A stretch of 64,000 nt of DNA from Eledone cirrhosa (Eukaryota): the NCBI GenBank assembly GCA_964016885.1, contig OZ024751.1, positions 45,446,001-45,510,000 of the forward strand, given 5' to 3'. The notes below the pieces were generated by a model. It saw only the letters and a program-made list of their open reading frames with translations, had not been told where the DNA came from and ran no database searches. Of the stretch, positions 55,301-64,000 are shown piece by piece. Each line of letters begins with the position of its first letter. Position 1 is the stretch's first letter. The position numbers and the translations under genes are program-made.

Positions 55301-55529
55301 ATGACGATCCTTTTGCTACAAATGAGAAACAGTTTAAAAACACATAAGAGACGTCCAGCTGGTGTGTGTATTAGCATTTAGAGAGATATCTGGGTGGGAG
55401 GTCAACAGGTCAACACTGCTTTCTAAATAAATAAATAAATAAATAAAATGAACAAAAGTGTTTTTCTGTGTCAAATATTCAGTGAAAGCAAAATCTGGAA
55501 TACTTATGTTACTTTAGATATGGGTTACA

Positions 55530-55545
55530 CACACACGCACATATA

Positions 55546-55581
<36 letters not shown>

Positions 55582-55623
55582 TGTATGTATGTATGTGTAT
55601 ATATATATATATATATATGTATG

Positions 55624-55660
<37 letters not shown>

Positions 55661-55681
55661 ATATATATATATATATGTATG

Positions 55682-55758
<77 letters not shown>

Positions 55759-55947
55759 ATATATATATGTATGTATGTATATATATATATATATGTATGT
55801 ATGTATATATATATGTATGTATGTATATATATATGTATGTATGTATATATATATATATATGTATGTATGTATATATATATATATATGTATGTATGTATAT
55901 ATATATATATATGTATGTATGTATATATATATATATATGTATGTATG

Positions 55948-55993
<46 letters not shown>

Positions 55994-56047
55994 TGTATGT
56001 ATATATATATGTATATATATATGTATATATGTATGTATATATATATG

Positions 56048-56080
<33 letters not shown>

Positions 56081-56402
56081 GTATGTATATATATATGTAT
56101 ATATGTATGTATATATGTATGTATATATGTATGTATATATGTATGTATATATGTATGTATATATGTATATGTATGTATATATATATGTATATATATATGT
56201 ATATATATATGTATATATATATGTATATATGTATGTATATATATATGTATATATGTATGTATATATGTATGTATATATATATATGTATGTATATATATAT
56301 GTATGTATATATATATGTATGTATATATATATGTATATATATATATATATGTATGTATATATATATATGTATGTATATATATATGTATATATATATGTAT
56401 AT

Positions 56403-56435
<33 letters not shown>

Positions 56436-56487
56436 TATATATATGTATATATATATATGTATATATATATATGTATATATATATATG

Positions 56488-56552
<65 letters not shown>

Positions 56553-56672
56553 ATGTATATATATGTATGTATATGTATATATATGTATGTGTATATGTAT
56601 ATATATATATATGTATGTGTATATGTATATATATATATATGTATGTATATATATATGTATATATATATATAC
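55530..56672. repeat. (TA)n/(TATG)n compound microsatellite
   Basis: Direct inspection. Confidence 0.98.
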
Positions 56673-57765
56673 AACCAGAGATATCAGAGTGTCATGTTTG
56701 TGGACGCCACCCCTGGAGGGAAATTAGCTAACCAGTGTAGAAAGGCCCTGAGAAAGACCCACTTAAAAATAAAGGTGGTAGAAAAGCCAGGAACCACCAT
56801 AAAATCCCTGATCAGCAAAACCTACCCTTTTAAGAAAACCCACTGTACTAATAGGAAATGTATCATATGTAAGGTGAACCCCCGGATAAACTGTAAAACT
56901 AGAAACGTAGTCTATAGCATAAGATGTACAGAGGGTACTTGCAGAAACACGACAACAACATACATAGGTGAGACAGCTCGTAGCATAGGTGAAAGGATAG
57001 ACCAACACTGGGGGGAACTAAAAGGACGAAAAAACGGGTCAGTACTATACGAACATGCTAGACAACAACATGACGGTAACATAGACAACATAGAAATTAG
57101 AATAATATCTAAACATAGGAATGACCCAGCAGATAGGCAAATCAGAGAGGCCAGTGAAATAGAAATTAGAAGACCAAAGCTAAACAGAAAGAATGAGTGG
57201 AACAACAACAACACCCAAACAAACAACACTGACCTAAGAGAAGTATAAATAAATAAGTAAATAAAATTAAATAAAATAAGATAAATAAATACATACACAA
57301 GCACATAAACACACACTAGTCACCCAGCAGACACAACACTATACACACTAGTCACACATCACACATAACACTATACACACACGCAAACGCATGCGCAAAG
57401 AAGACAAAATAAAATAAGATAAACAAACAAGCAAATAAATAAATAAACATACAAAAAAAAAATGGCGTAGACATACAACACAACAGGAGGAACAATGAAT
57501 ATAACACCACTGACGATGTTGCAGATGTGCAACGAAAGATTTATGTAAATTATGTAAACTATATATATATGTGTTTGTCTATATTGTATCTGTATTATTT
57601 TTGACCGCCGGTCAGTCAATGGCAACATTGAGGACCGAGTAAGTTAGATCGCAGATATATATATATAAAAGACAGCGAGAGGCGAAAACCAACCAAACAG
57701 TGAGTGTGTTCTGTTATTAATTCTGGCAATATTACGCAAATATGACCCTCCCCAAATATAACAAT
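56673..57765 (+). mobile_element. 5'-truncated Penelope-like retroelement (Neptune/Naiad-type): RT thumb end, Cys linker and GIY-YIG endonuclease (coding 56673-57248), plus pseudo-LTR-like tail, embedded in TA-rich microsatellite
   Basis: [12 protein letters not shown] linker; NVVYSIRC....[17 protein letters not shown]....H; REASEI..PKLN. Hammerhead-like motif at 57510-57553 and TATATAAAA near 57662. Confidence 0.88.
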
Positions 57766-60000
<2,235 letters not shown>

Positions 60001-60158
60001 GTATCAGTAATGACGGTAATATATATATATATATGTGTGTGTGTGCGTGTAAGTGAGTAGAGTAGCGTGTGTGTGTGTTTGTTGTGTGTGTGAGTGTTGC
60101 TGTGTGCACGCATATGTATGCGTGTGTGTGTATGTCGTACGTATAAGTGTCAATAAGT

Positions 60159-60206
<48 letters not shown>

Positions 60207-60507
60207 GCGGGGACATAGAAATAATCGGGCTGGATGCCCGATCGCGCAGTTAAACCACTGGGAGTGAAGAACCCCTAGCCCATGTCAGGGTATTCTTCTA
60301 GGAGAAGGCATCTCAGGAAACTGGGTTAACTCCGATATAAAACCTGCGGCTCAGTAGTTACCGATGATGTTGATCTTTTCTTCTTTTCGGGTTATAGCTA
60401 CTGTCGCTCAGAGAGTGGGATTGGTTCAGTGCACAGTCTTTCCTCACTTTAAAAATATTCGTCACGCACAGGCATTGCACGAGTGCATTAATAATTATTA
60501 ATAGTGT

Positions 60508-60542
<35 letters not shown>

Positions 60543-60547
60543 TATTA

Positions 60548-60584
<37 letters not shown>

Positions 60585-60594
60585 CCCCAATTCA

Positions 60595-63500
60595 ATGATG
60601 TTCCAGAACAATGTAAACGAGATAATTGGCAATTTGGGTTCTGGAACAAAAAAGATCATTGGCAATAAGGGCAGGGGCCCCAAGTTATCACAACCTGGGC
60701 CCGCCCGTCATCGTGCCATTGTAATAGAGCCAAACAGGGCATTTAGTCTTGGCTGCTGGAACGTACGGACGCTGCTTGACAGGGATTCTTTGGAGCGTCC
60801 TGAACGAAGGACCGCTCTTGTTGCGAAGGAGCTTCGACGTTACGATCTTGACATCGTGGCTTTGTCTGAGACGAGGTTAGCTGGAGATGGTCATCTTACG
60901 GAATTTTGTGGAGAATATACATTCTTCTGGAAAGGAAGAGATGAAGGAACCAGAAGAGAGGCTGGGGTAGGATTTGCTGTTAAGACTGTACTGGTGAATA
61001 AATTGGAAGAATTCCCAGTGGGGATTAGTGAGCGTCTTATGTCCATGAGAGTTCCGCTGGACAAGGGAAGATATGCTACCCTGGTGAGTGTGTATGCTCC
61101 AACTATGAATTCTGTCGATGAAGAAAAACTGTCCTTTTACCATGCCTTGAAAGGTGTTTTAAGAAATATCCCTCAGGCAGACAAAGTCATCGTGCTTGGT
61201 GACTTTAATGCTAGAGTGGGTAGGGATTTTAACACATGGAATGTAATCGGAAGGCATGGGGTGGGAAAGTGTAACAGCAATGGTATGCTCTTGCTGCAGA
61301 TGTGTGAGGAGCTGGATCTGTGTGTTACCGACACCATGTTCCAACAAAAGAACAAATTCAAGACCACATGGATGCATCCTGCATCTAAGGAATGGCATCT
61401 TTTGGACTACGTCCTAGTCAGGATGCGTGACAGACAGGATGTGCGGTGTGTTCGTGTTCTTCGTGGAGCTGAGTGCTGGACGGACCACCGCCTGGTACGC
61501 GCAAAAGTGAATCTAATCACCAAACGTAAAATCCGGGCTCCTGGTGTTGCCCTGCCCAAAAGATTGAATGCTGCTCGTCTTAAGGATAAAAATGTGAAGA
61601 GGACATTGGAAGAAGAGATGCAGGCTGCAGATCTTGGTGAGGATTGGCCGACCCTTAAAAAGTCGGTTTATGATGTAGGCAGACGTGTTCTGGGATTGGT
61701 GCAGAGAAAACATCAGGACTGGTTTAATGAGAAAGATGTGCATATAGATGACTTGTTGGCTGATAAGAGGCGCGCTCTGTCACGCTACTTGACGGCAAGA
61801 CCACAGGAGAGGAATACGTTGCATGAGGAGCTCAGGGATGTAAAATCACGTGTTAGGCGGAGTCTTTCTCAGATGAAGGATCAGTGGTGGAGTGAGAAGG
61901 CTGGTGAGATACAAACTGCGTCTGATTGCAATAACACAAAGCTGTTGTACAGTCTCTTGCGTGAGGTTTATGGACCGTCTTCTTCTCTGGTGACACCGAT
62001 TCGCAGCAAGGATGGCAAAGAACTTCTTCGTGACTCACAGGGAATTCTACGAAGGTGGCGGGAGCACTTTGATGATCTTTTGAATCAGCCGTCTGTCGTC
62101 AGTGAAGATTTCCTCAATCTCATTCCGGAAAGTCCTGTGAAAGTAGCTCTCGCAGAGCCTCCGACACTTGTGGAGGTTGCAGTGGCTATTTCGAAGCTGA
62201 ACAGTGGAAGATCTCCAGGTATGGATGGCATACATGCTGAGCTCCTACAATATGGTGGTGAGAGACTCCTGCAACATCTTCACTCTCTGTTTGGAAGGAT
62301 ATGGGCTAATGAATCCGTGCCTGAGGACTGGAGAGATGCAGTAATGGTGGTCTTGTACAAGGGAAAGGGTAACAGGAATGATTGTGGGAACTACAGAGGT
62401 ATATCATTGCTTTCTGTCGTGGGGAAAGTTTTATGTAGGGTGCTTCTGGACCGTCTGCTGACACACATTGCAGATTGTGTCCTTCCTGAAAGTCAATCTG
62501 GTTTTCGTGTTGGACGCGGCACTACTGATATGATCTTCTCAGCTAGACAGCTCCAGGAGAAGTGCATTGAACAGGGCTTGGATCTGTATCAGGTTTTTGT
62601 CGATCTGACAAAGGCTTTCGATACTGTCAACAGAGATGCATTATGGAAGGTTCTCCAGAAACTTGGTTGCCCTGATAAGTTCCTTGCTTTAGTTAGGTCT
62701 TTCCATGACGACATGAAGGCTTGGGTTAATGTCGGAGGTAACATGTCGGAGCCTATCTCAGTAAAAAATGGAGTGAAACAGGGGGATATTCCAGCACCGA
62801 CCCTGTTTGCCATATACTTTGCAATGGTTTTCTGTATTGCATTCAGGAATTGCGAGCATGGTGTTTACATCCGATATCGAACCTCAGGCAGCATATTTAA
62901 CATCAGGCGCTTTGCTGCGAAGACAAAAGTGTTTACATCAGTCATAAGAGACCTCTTGTATGCAGATGATTGCGATCTTGTAGCGCACACAGAGAGTGAT
63001 ATGCAGCACATTTTGAATGTATTTTCTGACGCTTGCACTGCCCTGGGTTTGACTGTCAGTCTCAAGAAAACCGTCGTCATGTACCAACCTGCACCTGGTA
63101 GGCAGTACACTGAACCAAACATCTATGTGTATGGCAAACGACTTGGAGTGGTTGATCAGTTTGTCTACCTGGGAAGCACTGTCAATCGATACGGCAACCT
63201 TGACAGTGAAATCTCACTTAGGATTAGGAAAGCAAGTGATGCTTTCGGAAAGCTAGAAAGGCGACTCTGGGGTCGGCGAGACATATGCAGGAGGACAAAG
63301 GTAAGGGTGTACAGGGCATGTGTACTCTCTTGTCTTCTTTATGCCTGCGAGACCTGGGTCACATATCGACGCCACCTTAAGCAATTGGAGCGTTTCCATC
63401 AGATGTGTCTCAGACGGATACATGGCGTTCGCTGGAGGGACCACATCAGTGATGTCGAGATTTTGGAAAGCTCTATGTGTGACAGTATAGAAGCTCTTGT

Positions 63501-64000
63501 GCTTAAGCAGCGACTCCGTTGGAGTGGTCACCTTGCCAGGATGAAGGATTCTAGAATACCAAAACAACTCTTCTATGGAGAGTTGGTTAAAGGAAAACGA
63601 CCGCCACATAAACCAAAAAAGAGGTATAAGGATTCCTTGAAGGCCTCTCTGAAAGACGCTAACATCTCTGCTGATACATGGGAAAATATTGCTGCTGATC
63701 GTAATAAATGGAGAAAGACTGTATATGAGGGAAAAGTTGCCTTTGAGGCATCTCGAATCGCACACGAGAAAGTAAAGCGGGACGTGAGGAAGGGTATTGC
63801 TGTTGCACTTCCAGACGGCGAGGGTCCTCCTATGTTTCTGACATGCAGCGTCTGTGCGAGACTCTGCCTAAGCAAAGCTGGACTCGAAAGTCATCTTCGC
63901 AGTCATAAAGTAAGACCAGTGGTTGACTACCAGGCTGCTGTTGGAGATGCTACTCATCATGCTTGCCAAACATGTGGTAGAGAATGTAAATCAGCAGGAG
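60595..64000 (+). mobile_element. RTE-clade LINE with uninterrupted ORF (APE endonuclease, reverse transcriptase, C2H2 zinc fingers); runs off the window end
   Basis: Hand translation from ATG 60595 gives no stop in 1135 codons. Motifs: WNVRTL, LSETR, VYAPT, GDFNARVG, TDH (APE); NYRGISLL, QSGFR, FVDLTKAFD, GVKQG, LYADD (YADD at 62959-62970), YLGS (RT); CSVC..H..H and a second CQTC at the end. Confidence 0.95.

Noticed and set aside
56673-57248. Selenocysteine-recoded GIY-YIG, as reported for some Naiad elements
   Set aside because: There is no in-frame TGA; all Cys positions use TGT or TGC.
60877-63875. Minus-strand ORFs overlapping the LINE
   Set aside because: Antisense shadows of the plus-strand RTE ORF.

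Overview
Eukaryotic, AT- and microsatellite-rich animal DNA. Repeat content and gene style suggest a coleoid cephalopod, probably an octopus (inference). The window holds one complete protein-coding gene, ARNT/HIF-1beta/tango (bHLH-PAS). I assembled it by hand from 16 GT-AG coding exons (9895-50592, + strand, 2055 nt, 684 aa) with consistent intron phases. A probable first exon of a divergent gene lies at about 8252-8480 (-). From 60595 to the window end runs an uninterrupted RTE-clade LINE ORF (APE endonuclease, RT, C2H2 fingers); the ORF track misses it because it has no stop inside the window. The rest is two tRNA-derived SINE families, Tc1/mariner MITEs, LINE relics, several minisatellites and a Penelope-like (GIY-YIG) 3' fragment. 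The most interesting unannotated signal is a set of short elements embedded in (TA)n microsatellites. They carry minimal hammerhead-ribozyme-like motifs, several share a GTATTGAGTAC motif, and several have fold-back inverted duplications, consistent with (TA)n-targeting Penelope-like/retrozyme-type elements. Nearly all long ORFs in the supplied track are microsatellite artefacts.
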